From NCBI GenBank assembly GCA_963774265.1, contig CAVZDU010000007.1, positions 1 through 64,000 of the forward strand: a DNA stretch of 64,000 bases, in the 5' to 3' direction. This document shows positions 42,693 through 53,059 of this stretch, in pieces (position 1 is the first letter of the stretch; the number at the start of each line of letters is the position of its first letter). Both the position numbers and the translations under genes were made by a program. The stretch is from an uncultured Chloroflexia bacterium. GTDB taxonomy: Bacteria > Chloroflexota > Anaerolineae > CG2-30-64-16. Below the pieces are notes generated by a model. It was not told the origin of the DNA. It ran no database searches and saw only the letters and a list, made by a program, of their open reading frames with translations.

Positions 42693-42856
42693 TTTCGCTC
42701 CGTTACAGAATCTTCCCCATGCTACTCGTCCACGGCTACCTTTACCACGGTTTTTCTCACCGAGCAAGGGGCGCTCGCGGCGCGCCGAGCCACAGCAGGA
42801 TTGTACCACAGACGTCAACGAGCGCGTAAGAGCCGATTCTTTGCCAGGAGACAGAA

Positions 42857-42882
42857 GCGGAGGCACGACGTTGTGCCTCCGC
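42857..42882 (-). terminator. Hairpin downstream of the COG2403 gene
   Basis: GCGGAGGCAC-N6-GTGCCTCCGC. Confidence 0.45.
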
Positions 42883-42919
42883 TTTGGCGAACCTCGCGCG
42901 CCGTTTGCGGCGGCGCGAT

Positions 42920-44248
42920 TCAGCCGACTTTCTGCTTGAGAATCTCTTCCAGCGTGGGTTGCCCGATAATCTGTAGCTCATAGCTGACGCGCTGAAATGG
43001 GTGATATATGTTAGCGACGCGGGTAAGGTCGATGGGAGTGGCCGAGAGAACCAGGTCGCATGGCACGCGTCGGATGGTTTCTTCCAGGTCTCTGATCTGC
43101 TCGCCGCCATAGCCCATGGCTGGCAGCAACGTGCCGATATCCGGGTACTTCTCGAAGGTTTCGGTAATGGTTCCGACAGTGTAGGGCCGGGGATCAATGA
43201 TTTCTGCTGCACCGAAGCGTTGCGCGGCGACGATGCCCGCGCCGTACTTCATCTCACCGTGGGTGAGGGTGGGGCCGTCTTCAATGACCAGGACCCGCTT
43301 GCCGCGGATAGCCACAGGATCGTCAACAAAGATCGGGGAAGCCGCTTCAATAATCATCGCGCCTGGGTTGACCGCCGCCGCGCTGTTTCGCACAGCAGTG
43401 ATGGGTCCCAGGTCGGCCGTGTCCACCTTGTTAATGATGATCACATCAGCCATGCGGAAGTTGGCAGCACCCGGCCAATAGGTTAGCTCATGGCCAGCAC
43501 GGTGAGGATCGGCGACGACGATATGCAGGTCCGGCTTGTAGAAGGGCAGGTCATTGTTACCGCCATCCCATAGAATGACATCAGCTTCGAGCTCGGCCTG
43601 GCGGAGGATGGCCTCGTAGTCTACGCCCGCATAGACGATGATCCCCCTGTCGATATGCGGCTCATACTCCTCACGCTCTTCGATGGTGGTTTTGTGGAGG
43701 TCCAGGTCTTCGTAGGATGCAAAGCGCTGTACACGTTGCTTCACCAGATCGCCGTAAGGCATGGGGTGGCGAACCGCTACAACCCGCTTGCCCATGGCCT
43801 GAAGCCGGCCTGCGACGTAGCGCGTGGTCTGTGACTTGCCGCTGCCGGTGCGCACGGCGCACACGGCCACGACGGGTTTGTTGGAGGACACCATGGTGTC
43901 CTTCGGGCCCATGAACCGAAAGTCGGCGCCTGCCGCGATGACGGTCGCGGCCTTGCTCATGACGTACTGGTTGTTGACGTCCGAATATGCGAACACGACT
44001 TGGTCCACGCCCAACATCCGGATGAGCGTCGGCATTTCGTCTTCCGGGTAAATGGGGATGCCGGTGGGATACAGCGCGCCCGCCAATTCTGGCGGATAGC
44101 GGCGGCCCTCGATATTAGGGATTTGGGTGGCAGTGAAGGCGACAACTTCGTACGCCTTATTATCCCGGAACACCGTATTGAAGTTGTGAAAGTCGCGCCC
44201 TGCGGCGCCCATGATCAGAAGACGTAGCTTCGACATTGAATCATCCAC
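42920..44248 (-). CDS. COG2403 P-loop enzyme (cDPG-synthetase-like / arginine synthetase ArcE family)
   Basis: MGAAGRDFHNFN, AVRTGSGKSQT, RHPMPYG, EEREEYE, DGGNND, EDGPTLTHG. Confidence 0.8.
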   Translation of the reverse strand: MDDSMSKLRLLIMGAAGRDFHNFNTVFRDNKAYEVVAFTATQIPNIEGRRYPPELAGALYPTGIPIYPEDEMPTLIRMLGVDQVVFAYSDVNNQYVMSKAATVIAAGADFRFMGPKDTMVSSNKPVVAVCAVRTGSGKSQTTRYVAGRLQAMGKRVVAVRHPMPYGDLVKQRVQRFASYEDLDLHKTTIEEREEYEPHIDRGIIVYAGVDYEAILRQAELEADVILWDGGNNDLPFYKPDLHIVVADPHRAGHELTYWPGAANFRMADVIIINKVDTADLGPITAVRNSAAAVNPGAMIIEAASPIFVDDPVAIRGKRVLVIEDGPTLTHGEMKYGAGIVAAQRFGAAEIIDPRPYTVGTITETFEKYPDIGTLLPAMGYGGEQIRDLEETIRRVPCDLVLSATPIDLTRVANIYHPFQRVSYELQIIGQPTLEEILKQKVG

Positions 44249-44251
44249 TCC

Positions 44252-45187
44252 TTACGATGTATTTGAGCGTGGGCGGTATGTAGCACGCGCCATCAAGACG
44301 CCGAGAAAGTAAAGCCCCAATAGCGGGCCCATGACCAGCGCCATGTTGACCGGATCAACCGTAGGGGTAATAGCTGCAGCAACGAACGCGATTCCAACGA
44401 TCGCGTACCGCCACTGCTTCGCCATGGTGTGCGGTGATACGATGCCCAATCGAGCGAGCGCAGCCATGATGACAGGTGTCTCAAATGCGGCCCCGATCCA
44501 TAGCATCACGGCCAGGACGAATGAGAAGTATTCCCGAATATTCCAGTTCGCCTGGGCGATGTCGCTGCCGAAACCCTGCAAATAGCGGAGTCCGAAAGGC
44601 AACAGGATGAAATAGGCGAAGGCCAGACCAAACATGAAGAAAATCGCAACCATCGGCATCCCGATGATGCCTACGGTCCTATATACGGCGATCTCCTGGG
44701 GTGATTCGAGGGCAGGGCGGATGAAAAGCAGGGCCTGATAAAGGAGTACGGGCAGAGTTACAACGGCGGCCGCGCTGAAGATGACTTCAAAATACGTCCA
44801 GATCATATCTGTGGGCCGCAGCACCACAAGCGGAACGCCTCCCGCAGGCAAAGTCAGGAACTCCAGGATGCGATTAGCGAAGATGCCCGCAACGATCGCA
44901 CCCAGGAGCAGGGTGCCGAGGACGATGAAGATCCGCTTGCGCAACTCCACCAGATGATCGACTGTGCCGTACAGGATCTGGACGACGTCGTAGAGCGGAC
45001 TCTGGCTGTGCTTCCACACGTTGCGCGCCTGTTCGAGGGTGAGCGGATCCAGCTCTGCTTGTGAACGGCGGAAATTGGTGAGCATTAGCCAGAGTTGTTC
45101 GATGCCAGCCGGAAGCTTAGAAGGCCCAAGCAGCGCAAGTGCGACGATAACCAACAGGATTAGTCCGAATACGCCGGTGAAAGACAT
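44252..45187 (-). CDS. tatC: Twin-arginine translocase TatC with N-terminal TatA/B-like extension
   Basis: DHLVELRKRI, FIRPAL, FETP, AAAITPTVD. Confidence 0.9.
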   Translation of the reverse strand: MSFTGVFGLILLVIVALALLGPSKLPAGIEQLWLMLTNFRRSQAELDPLTLEQARNVWKHSQSPLYDVVQILYGTVDHLVELRKRIFIVLGTLLLGAIVAGIFANRILEFLTLPAGGVPLVVLRPTDMIWTYFEVIFSAAAVVTLPVLLYQALLFIRPALESPQEIAVYRTVGIIGMPMVAIFFMFGLAFAYFILLPFGLRYLQGFGSDIAQANWNIREYFSFVLAVMLWIGAAFETPVIMAALARLGIVSPHTMAKQWRYAIVGIAFVAAAITPTVDPVNMALVMGPLLGLYFLGVLMARATYRPRSNTS

Positions 45188-45190
45188 GCG

Positions 45191-45808
45191 CTATTGCTCC
45201 GGGACGCGAGGCGCAGCGTCTGAGGTCTGGGGTGGCGTTTCGTCTCCGTCCTGGTGCCGAGCTTCCTGAGGATTTCCCTCATTGGCGCCGTCTACGCTGA
45301 TCGCATCAGGTGGTGGGTCGATCGCGGCGGGTAAATCGGTCGCGGCAGAAGGTGAGGCATCGGGAAGTACAGGGGCCCCGTCTGAGGATGGCAACGTAGC
45401 GTCCGCCTCTGGAGGAGCCTCCTGGATCAGATCGGGCGGAGCGATGGTGTTCTCGGGCTCGATCGGCGGGGCAGGGGCCTGCTCGGCCTTGGCCGGCGCA
45501 TTGAGCTCTTTGAGCACGGACTGTCGGATGGCTTCACCCGGATTGCGGACGGCTGCCGAGACGCTGCCCATGGATTTGGCCGCATCGGCAACATCCTGGA
45601 ATGGCTCAGCGAGCTCTCTGGCGGGATTCTCAATAGCCGCACGCGTCGAGCTAATCTCCTCGGAGATCGCCCGTGTCGCGCGTCGCATGTCGCGCATGGC
45701 GCGGCCTAGTTTCGACCCGATGGTGGGCAGGCGATCAGGTCCAAAAACCATCAGAGCGACGATGAGAATCAAGATCAATTCCATGGGACCGATGCCAAGG
45801 ATATCCAC
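45191..45808 (-). CDS. tatB: Twin-arginine translocase TatA/TatB-family subunit
   Basis: GIGPMELILILIVALMVFGPDRLP, an amphipathic helix and an acidic Pro-rich tail. Confidence 0.85.
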   Translation of the reverse strand: MDILGIGPMELILILIVALMVFGPDRLPTIGSKLGRAMRDMRRATRAISEEISSTRAAIENPARELAEPFQDVADAAKSMGSVSAAVRNPGEAIRQSVLKELNAPAKAEQAPAPPIEPENTIAPPDLIQEAPPEADATLPSSDGAPVLPDASPSAATDLPAAIDPPPDAISVDGANEGNPQEARHQDGDETPPQTSDAAPRVPEQ

Positions 45809-45810
45809 AG

Positions 45811-46269
45811 TCAGTCCTTCCCCATTATCGCATCTTCGGCCAATGCGGGTAGCGTGATGCGTTCGCCACCAGCCACTGCCGTGCCCAGAACCCCGTTGAC
45901 GAAGCGTGAGCTGTTGTCGCTGCCAAAAAGCTTGGCGAGATCCACGGCTTCATTGATGGCTACCTTAGGAGGTGTTCCTGAGGCGCCGCTCAGCTCATAC
46001 AGCGCGATACGCAATATATTGCGATCGACCACCGCGATTTGGGCCACGGGCCAAGCAGGCGCGTACTTTTGGATCAGCAGATCGAGCTGCTCCCGATGAC
46101 GCACGATCCCGCTTACGAGGTTTCGCAGGAATGTTTCCCCCTCAGGCGGCAGGGGTGTATCTTCCAGACGATGGCTTATGACATCACCGGCCGGGTGCTG
46201 TGTGGAGTCGATCTCGTATAGCGCTTGAAGGGCGCTGATCCGTGCCTGGCGGCGAGCTTGCACGCTCAT
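45811..46269 (-). CDS. nusB: Transcription antitermination factor NusB
   Basis: RRQAR..ALQALY, VDRNILR, VAINEAV, FVNGVLG. Confidence 0.95.
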   Translation of the reverse strand: MSVQARRQARISALQALYEIDSTQHPAGDVISHRLEDTPLPPEGETFLRNLVSGIVRHREQLDLLIQKYAPAWPVAQIAVVDRNILRIALYELSGASGTPPKVAINEAVDLAKLFGSDNSSRFVNGVLGTAVAGGERITLPALAEDAIMGKD

Positions 46270-46289
46270 GATACTCCCGTCCGGTGCGC

Positions 46290-46641
46290 CTAGTCCGCCT
46301 TGGGGGCGGCGCGAGCGACGTCGTCTACATGGACGTCGACAGCCGTGACGGACATGCCGATCATCTCTTCGAGTGCGCGTGTAATCTCGGTTTGCAGGGC
46401 CGCGCCCAGCTTAAGCACATTGATCCCTGGCTCGGCAACTACGTGCACCTCAACTTTAACACCCTCGTCGGTGACGTCAATGAGGATGCCTTCGTCGAGC
46501 GCAGAGCCCGCCGCGCAACCCGCGCATCTTGGCTGGCAAGGCAGCCAGCCGATTGATCCCGCGCTGCTCCAGTGCCGTTTGGCGCACGATGGTCGTTAGC
46601 ACCGGCGGTGCAATGGTGACCTTGCCTTGGATTTCTTCCAT
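46290..46641 (-). CDS. Asp23/Gls24-family protein (frameshifted; not in ORF track)
   Basis: MEEIQGKVTIAPPVL...LQTEITRALEEMIGMSVTAVDVHVDDV; usual neighbour of nusB. Confidence 0.8.
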
Positions 46642-46650
46642 CTGTCCCCC

Positions 46651-47394
46651 CTATTGCATCACCAGGCCACCGTCTACGCTGAGGACCTGGCCCGTGATGA
46701 AGGCGGCGCGGTCGCTGGCGAGAAAAGTGACAGCGTAGGCGATCTCCTCAGGCTTAGCGAAACGGCCGAGCGGTGTCACGGCGATCGCCGCGTTCTTCTG
46801 TTCGTCGGTCAGGACACTCGTGAGAGCGGTGGGCACGAAACCAGGCGCCACCGCGTTGACGGTGACGCTGCGAGGGCCCACTTCCTTAGCTAAAGACTTG
46901 GTAAATCCAATCAATCCGGCCTTTGAAGCCGAATAATTGGTTTGTCCCGCCTGTCCCGCCAGGCCTGAGACCGACGTAATATTGATGATGCGGCCGTAGC
47001 GCTGTTTGAACATGGGTCGAAGCGCGGCTTTGCTGCAATTGTATGCGCTTTTTAGATTTGTGCGCAATACCACATCCCAGTCGTCCTCACTCATCATCAT
47101 GAGCAGCATGTCGCGCGTCGTGCCGGCGTTGTTAACCAGGATATCGAGACGTGCATAGCGATCAACGGTCGCTTTGACCAGGCGCTGGGCATCGGCCAGG
47201 AGGCTGACGTCGGCTTGAATGGCCACCGCACGACCACCTGAATCAGCGATCGAGTGGACGACCTCATCAGCCCCGGCGACGCTGTCACGGTGATTGACAA
47301 CCACCACGGCGCCGTGTGCAGCCAGATCAATGGCAATGGCAGCGCCGATGCCGCGGGATGCGCCCGTGACGATCGCGATTTTACCTTTCAGCAT
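46651..47394 (-). CDS. fabG: 3-oxoacyl-ACP reductase
   Basis: TGASRGIG, NNAG, YSASK, VAPGF. Confidence 0.92.
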   Translation of the reverse strand: MLKGKIAIVTGASRGIGAAIAIDLAAHGAVVVVNHRDSVAGADEVVHSIADSGGRAVAIQADVSLLADAQRLVKATVDRYARLDILVNNAGTTRDMLLMMMSEDDWDVVLRTNLKSAYNCSKAALRPMFKQRYGRIINITSVSGLAGQAGQTNYSASKAGLIGFTKSLAKEVGPRSVTVNAVAPGFVPTALTSVLTDEQKNAAIAVTPLGRFAKPEEIAYAVTFLASDRAAFITGQVLSVDGGLVMQ

Positions 47395-48358
47395 TCGGCT
47401 TATCTCCCCATAAGGCTGCGAGGTCGTCGGGCGTCCGCACGTTGGCAATTACGGGCTCAGGTAAGATCCGTTTGACGAGCCCGGTGAGCACGTCGCCTGG
47501 GCCAATTTCGACAAAGCGTGCGGCGCCGAGCTCCTGCATTTTGAAAACTGAGCTGGTCCATTGCACGCTTCCGGTGAGTTGGCCGATGAGCTCGTTGCGG
47601 ATCTCATCGGGCGTTTCAAGCGGACAGGCCGCCAGATTACTAACGACAGGCACATCCTGGCGACCAGGCGCACGAAGGGGCGTGGCCGCAACATGGCGTG
47701 CAAACTCCTCGGCAGCCGAGGCCATGAGCGCCGAGTGGGCAGCGATGCTGACGGCAAGTGTGCGGGACCGCCCCCCAGCCTTCTTAACCAACTCTATGAG
47801 GGCCGCAACGCCTACGGTACCCCCAGACACCACGACCTGACCGGGCGCATTATAGTTGGCTACCTGGACTACGTCACTCGTTTCAGCTTGCGCCTCCGCG
47901 CATAGGCTGGCGACCAGGGCATCATCGAGCTTAAGGATGGCTGCCATGCTGCCGGGATGTGTTTCACCCGCACGGGCCATCAGCTCGCCGCGTGTGCGTG
48001 TCAGGCGGACCGCGTCGGCAAAATCGAGATAGCCCGCGGCCACAAGTGCGCTGTATTCACCAAGGCTGTGGCCTGCGACACAGCAGGGCGCAGGCAGTTC
48101 AGGTCGGGCTGTGCGCAGGGCGCGCCAAGCAGCGATGCTCGTCGTCAGGATCGCCGGTTGGGCATTTCGTGTTTCGGTGAGGAGTTCGACCGGACCTGTG
48201 AAACAGAGTTGTGATAACTCGAAACCAAGGATCGCATCCGCCTCGGCGAAGGTGTCACGAGCGACACTGTGCAATTCGGCCAACGCCTGACCCATGCCAA
48301 CGGACTGAGATCCCTGGCCTGGGAAGATGTAGGCGGTGTTGGAGGTGGTTTGAGCCAT
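47381..48358 (-). CDS. fabD: Malonyl-CoA:ACP transacylase
   Basis: FPGQGSQ, GHSLGEY, ANYNAPGQ. Confidence 0.95.
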   Translation of the reverse strand: MAQTTSNTAYIFPGQGSQSVGMGQALAELHSVARDTFAEADAILGFELSQLCFTGPVELLTETRNAQPAILTTSIAAWRALRTARPELPAPCCVAGHSLGEYSALVAAGYLDFADAVRLTRTRGELMARAGETHPGSMAAILKLDDALVASLCAEAQAETSDVVQVANYNAPGQVVVSGGTVGVAALIELVKKAGGRSRTLAVSIAAHSALMASAAEEFARHVAATPLRAPGRQDVPVVSNLAACPLETPDEIRNELIGQLTGSVQWTSSVFKMQELGAARFVEIGPGDVLTGLVKRILPEPVIANVRTPDDLAALWGDKPNAER

Positions 48359-48458
48359 ATGTGCTAATGTGTACAGGTGCAGATAGAAGGGGGACGTGGG
48401 TCAGACCCAAGTCCCCCCTTGCGGCGCCTCGCGCCGGCCGGCGACAGCTACTGTCGCA

Positions 48459-48650
48459 CTACTTGGTCGCGCTCTCGACGTCCAGAACAGTTTGGCCCTT
48501 GTAAGAGCCACAGTCGGGGCAGACGTGGTGCGGGAGGCGCATGCTGCCGCACTGCTTGCATTTGACCAGGTGCACTGGCTGAAGAGCATCATGGGCGCGG
48601 CGGCGGTCGCGGCGACCCTTGGACAGTTTACGTTTTGGATGAGGTGGCAC
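48459..48650 (-). CDS. rpmF: 50S ribosomal protein L32
   Basis: PKRKLSKGRRDRRR, CKQC...HHVCPDCGSY. Confidence 0.95.
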   Translation of the reverse strand: MPPHPKRKLSKGRRDRRRAHDALQPVHLVKCKQCGSMRLPHHVCPDCGSYKGQTVLDVESATK

Positions 48651-48668
48651 TGTGTACTCCTTAACTTA

Positions 48669-49220
48669 TTAGTTCTTTAACAAATCCGTCAGGCTGGCCC
48701 AACGCGGGTCAATATCAGGGCCGCAATTGCAGGTCGATTGGTTTAGGTTCGTCCCACATTCAGGGCACAGCCCTCGGCAGTCTTCTTTACAAAGCACGTG
48801 TACCGGCAGCTCGAGTAGAACATCTTGCCGCAGTACCTCGGTCAGGTCCAGGATGTGATGCTCGTCAATCCAGAGCGCCTGGTCCTCTTCTTCCGGCTTG
48901 ATCAACTTGCCCGTCGCCATGTCGACCGTAGGAACGAACATCTCTTCGAGATGTATCTCAAAATCCACGGGCACCGGCTCCAGGCAGCGTGCACAGGCGA
49001 ACTGAGTTTCCCCGGTCAGTCTGCCCTGGACAAAAACTCCTTGATTGGTGTGCATCATGCGGACTGACCCTTCGACGGTGGATGGGTCACCGCTCTCAGC
49101 AATATCCAGGTCGGGAGCCAGTTCTCGCAGATCAGCCGCCACGTCCACATGGCGATACGAACCGACTGCGTCCTTCACGAGTTGGGCGACGTTGAATCTT
49201 AGATTGTCAATCACGGTCAA
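48669..49220 (-). CDS. YceD/DUF177 family protein
   Basis: CARCL, LCKEDCRGLCPECG, DPRW; lies upstream of rpmF. Confidence 0.92.
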   Translation of the reverse strand: MTVIDNLRFNVAQLVKDAVGSYRHVDVAADLRELAPDLDIAESGDPSTVEGSVRMMHTNQGVFVQGRLTGETQFACARCLEPVPVDFEIHLEEMFVPTVDMATGKLIKPEEEDQALWIDEHHILDLTEVLRQDVLLELPVHVLCKEDCRGLCPECGTNLNQSTCNCGPDIDPRWASLTDLLKN

Positions 49221-49303
49221 TCCACTCGCAGCCCCCAGGCATCCCGCCGTGCGATGGGTTGCTGCTCGGCGCGCAAAAATCGACGGGCCAGCGCCAAGCG
49301 ATT

Positions 49304-49332
49304 ATTATAGGTCAGGGGGCTGCCAGTGTCAA
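49304..49332 (-). promoter_or_regulatory. Consensus sigma70 promoter for yceD-rpmF
   Basis: TTGACA-17 nt-TATAAT on the minus strand. Confidence 0.8.
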
Positions 49333-49363
49333 AAAACAGGTCTGTTCGCCCTTCCGTCGCGCC

Positions 49364-49849
49364 CTACCCCCCCTGAGAAGGCTCGCCTGCTTCGCCGCCT
49401 CCTTGGGCTCTGGCGAGAGCCCGCTGGCCAGCCTGGATCTCGCGCAACACACGGTTGAGGCGCGCTTCCATCATATTGAATTGGTTCATCATGTACTGGT
49501 CGGCATCGGCGCGCAACTGGTTGGCGGATTTCTCAGCTTCAGCGGTGATGTCGCGTGCCCTCTGGCGGGCAGCGACCGCGACTGCCTGATCGTCCAGCCG
49601 CACCCCGGCTTCACCGTGGGCATCTTCGATGATGCGCCGGGCCTGGGTGCGCGCTTCCGTCAGGATATGCTCGCGCTCCTTGGCGAGCCGTTGGCTATCG
49701 CGTTGCTGGTTCGGCAGCGCAGCTCGCATCTCTTCTGCAATGCGGCGAAGCGCACGTTCATCGATGAGCAGTTTTCCGCCAACGGGCATGCGCATTGCGC
49801 CTTCCATCAATCGATCAAGTTCATCGACGAGGGTCTGCATGGTCAGCAC
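49364..49849 (-). CDS. Conserved coiled-coil protein downstream of coaD
   Basis: Helical charged protein with ADQY motif, in the conserved coaD-X-yceD context. Confidence 0.7.
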   Translation of the reverse strand: MLTMQTLVDELDRLMEGAMRMPVGGKLLIDERALRRIAEEMRAALPNQQRDSQRLAKEREHILTEARTQARRIIEDAHGEAGVRLDDQAVAVAARQRARDITAEAEKSANQLRADADQYMMNQFNMMEARLNRVLREIQAGQRALARAQGGGEAGEPSQGG

Positions 49850-49855
49850 CTCTTT

Positions 49856-50383
49856 TCAGTCACGTGATGTTCGGATCGGAACTGCCCCGGCGCCATCAGG
49901 CCCAAGCCCAGCAAAGCGTGCGCTGAGGGCTGCCTGGACCGGCGCGGGCGCCAGACCCTCAATCACGCCGCCTAACATCGCCACCTCCTTGAGAATGGAT
50001 GAGCTGAGGTAGGCGTAGTCGAGACTCGTCATCAAGGAGATGAATTCGACATCGGGAGCAAGCTTCTTGTTGGTGAGCGCCATTTGGAACTCGTATTCAA
50101 AGTCGGAGATGGCGCGTAGGCCGCGCACCATAACCGTCGCGCCAATTTCCTGCGCGAAGGCCACGGTCAGGCCGCGGTAGGGCTCAACGCGAACGTTGTC
50201 AAGGTGCGCGAGCGATTCGCGCGCCAGCGCCAGGCGTTGCGCCGTATCGAAGGTAAGCGTTTTCGGCGGGCTATCGTAGATGCCGATGACAAGCTCGTCA
50301 AACAAGCGCGCCGCGCGAGCGGCGATGTCCACGTGACCGTTGTGGATGGGGTCGAAGGTGCCCGGATACAATGCTAGAACCAT
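49856..50383 (-). CDS. coaD: Phosphopantetheine adenylyltransferase
   Basis: YPGTFDPIHNGH, RGLRAISDFEYE, SSS. Confidence 0.96.
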   Translation of the reverse strand: MVLALYPGTFDPIHNGHVDIAARAARLFDELVIGIYDSPPKTLTFDTAQRLALARESLAHLDNVRVEPYRGLTVAFAQEIGATVMVRGLRAISDFEYEFQMALTNKKLAPDVEFISLMTSLDYAYLSSSILKEVAMLGGVIEGLAPAPVQAALSARFAGLGPDGAGAVPIRTSRD

Positions 50384-50403
50384 GGTCTCCTCAATGCACT
50401 GCC

Positions 50404-53044
50404 TTAACTCACGTCGCCGCTGCCGCGCCAGAAGGCCGTAACCTGGGCCGCCAGCATGGAGTGCTCGGGCAGACTCAAGGTGGGGTCGAACGCAAACAAC
50501 GCCTGGGCCGCCGTCCGGGCGTCTTCCAGGGTGCGTAAGTCGCTCAACTGCGCAGTCTTGAGCGGTGGCAGCCCGCTCTGTCGCACACCGAAAAAGTCGC
50601 CTGGGCCGCGTAGATCCAGGTCGATCTGGGCCAGTGCGAAGCCATCGGTGCTTCCTTCCAGGGCCTGGAGGCGTTGTACACTATCCCCCTCAGCTACGTC
50701 GGAGACCAGGATGCAGTACGAGGCGGACTCTCCGCGGCCCACGCGGCCGCGGAATTGGTGCAATTGGGCCAGACCGAAGCGTTCTGCGCCTTCAATCATG
50801 ATCACGGTGGCGTTCGGCACGTCAATGCCTACCTCAACTACGGACGTCGCCACCAGGATGTCAAGTTCACCCGCACTGAAGGCGCGCATGACCACGTCCT
50901 TCTCGTCACCCCTGAGCCTTCCGTGGAGCAGGCCGACCTGAAGATCCGGGAAGATCGTGTCGTGCAGGCGGGTATGCTCCTCAACGGCCGCTGCGCGACT
51001 CACTTCCAGCGGACTCCTCCACCAAGGGATAGATGATGAAGGCCTGGCGGCCCTCCTGCACCTGGCGTCTGATGAACCCATATGCCCGTTCACGTTGGGA
51101 TGAGGTGAGCCATTTCGTGCGGATAGGCGTGCGCCCCGCAGGCATTTCGTCGATGACCGAGACATCCAAATCACCATACAGGGTGAGCGCTAAAGACCGC
51201 GGGATGGGCGTTGCGCTCATGACAAGCATATGCGGCTGGATGCCTTTCTGGCGAAGGGCCGCGCGTTGCTCCACGCCAAAGCGGTGTTGCTCGTCAACTA
51301 CGACGACCGCCAGATTTTGGAACTCCACACCCTTCTGTATCAACGCATGGGTGCCGATCGCGATGTGCGCATCGCCGTTGGCGAGGGCGGCAAGTGCCTC
51401 TGCGCGCCGCGACGCGCTCATACCGCCCGTCAGTAGGACCACACTAACAGGCGCCCCACTCGCAGGGTGAGTCAGTGACTCGAACATTGTGCCGAAGGAG
51501 CGTGCGTGTTGTTCAGCCAGGATTTCAGTCGGAGCCATGATGGCGCCCTGGCATCCGTTGGCCACCGCAAGCCATAGCGCAGCGGCTGCGACTGCCGTCT
51601 TTCCTGACCCGACATCACCCTGGAGCAGCCGGCCCATCGGCCGCTCATTTGTCAGATCGCGCGTGATTTCCGTCAAGGCGCGGCTCTGTGCCGGGGTCAT
51701 GTCGAATGGCAGCGCGGCCAGGAAGGGCGCAAGCAGTTCGTCGCTGACAGGCAAGGGTCTGCCCGGCGCGCCCTGAAAGCGCTGCCGCGCTGCGAGTACG
51801 CCAAGCTGCAGCACCAGGAACTCATCGAAGCTCAGGCGGCGATGAGCGGCAGCGACCAGTTCGCTGTTATCAGGGAAGTGAATCTGCGAGATGGCTTGGG
51901 CTAAGGTCATCAGAGCGTAAGTCTCGCGCGTGGTCGCTGGGAGGAAGTCAGGCAGGTCCGCGCCCCATGCGTCGAGCGCGAGCTTGATCACATTGCGCAG
52001 CCAGCGCGCACTCAGACCTTCGGTGAGAGGGTAAACGGGCGCCAGGCGCCCGGTGCTCAGCAGGGTCCGATCCAGCGGCTCGAACTCAGGATTGCGCATA
52101 ACTACGGCGCTTCGATGAGTCTCGACTTTGCCGCCGAACGAATATGCCTGACCGACGCGCAACTGCTTTTCGATCCATGGATTGAACCAGGTCATCTGCA
52201 TCTCGCCGGTGCCGTCACCCACGCGAGCGGTGACCAGTTTTCGATTATTGCCGATTTCGCGCGCCTTGATATCCCAGACCGTCCCGATGACGGTGGCCTC
52301 CTCACCGGACTTTAGCCGATTAATGGTGCGAAGCTGGCTGAAATCATCGTAACGGTGAGGGAAGAGATACAGCAGATCACGCACGGTCTCCACGCCCAGC
52401 TTGGCAAGCTTACTGGCGTAGGCCGGACCGATGTTGGGCAGGCGGATGACAGGCGCATCGAGGCCCGGTGCTGGGGGACGCGACGAGCTTCGCGGCTCTG
52501 GTCGGAGCTCAGTCCTCAATTCGTGGCGCGACTCCGGACGAGCCTCAGAGCTTTGGGGAGCAGGCTGGACCTCGGGCAACGGCAGATCAATCGCGGGCTC
52601 ATGAACTGGCTCTGCCAAAGGTGGCGCCAGCGGGCGGGTCTCTACAGACTGCGGAGTGGCAGGTTTGGTGACCTTCGGGAACAGCGGCTCAATCGGGCGA
52701 TCCTTGGAACGTTCAGTACTCGATAGCTCCTCTGCGCCTGCCGGAGTGGCGGCTGGGCTGACTTCAGGTTGTTCAGGGCCAACTGCTTCATCGTTCAACG
52801 ACTGCGCCCGGCGAACGATCAGGTCGAGGATACGTTCGCGTGCCGCGCGATCCTCCACGACTGCGTAGCCGAGCAGCAGCGATACGATTTCGCCGATCAC
52901 CGCACCATTCGGCGCCTCAGCGCGGGCATCAGCTTCCCAACGACTGACGAATTTATCCAGACCGCCGATGACGGCCTTGTTGCGATAGCCCTGCTTCCGC
53001 TCCAGATCCAGGACTTTGAGCAAACGATTGATAGCGCTATCCAT
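50404..53044 (-). CDS. recG: ATP-dependent DNA helicase RecG (frameshift near 51000)
   Basis: [34 protein letters not shown]; N-terminal helical domain and Pro-rich linker. Confidence 0.95.
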
Positions 53045-53059
53045 AGTTGCCTCAGCCCG

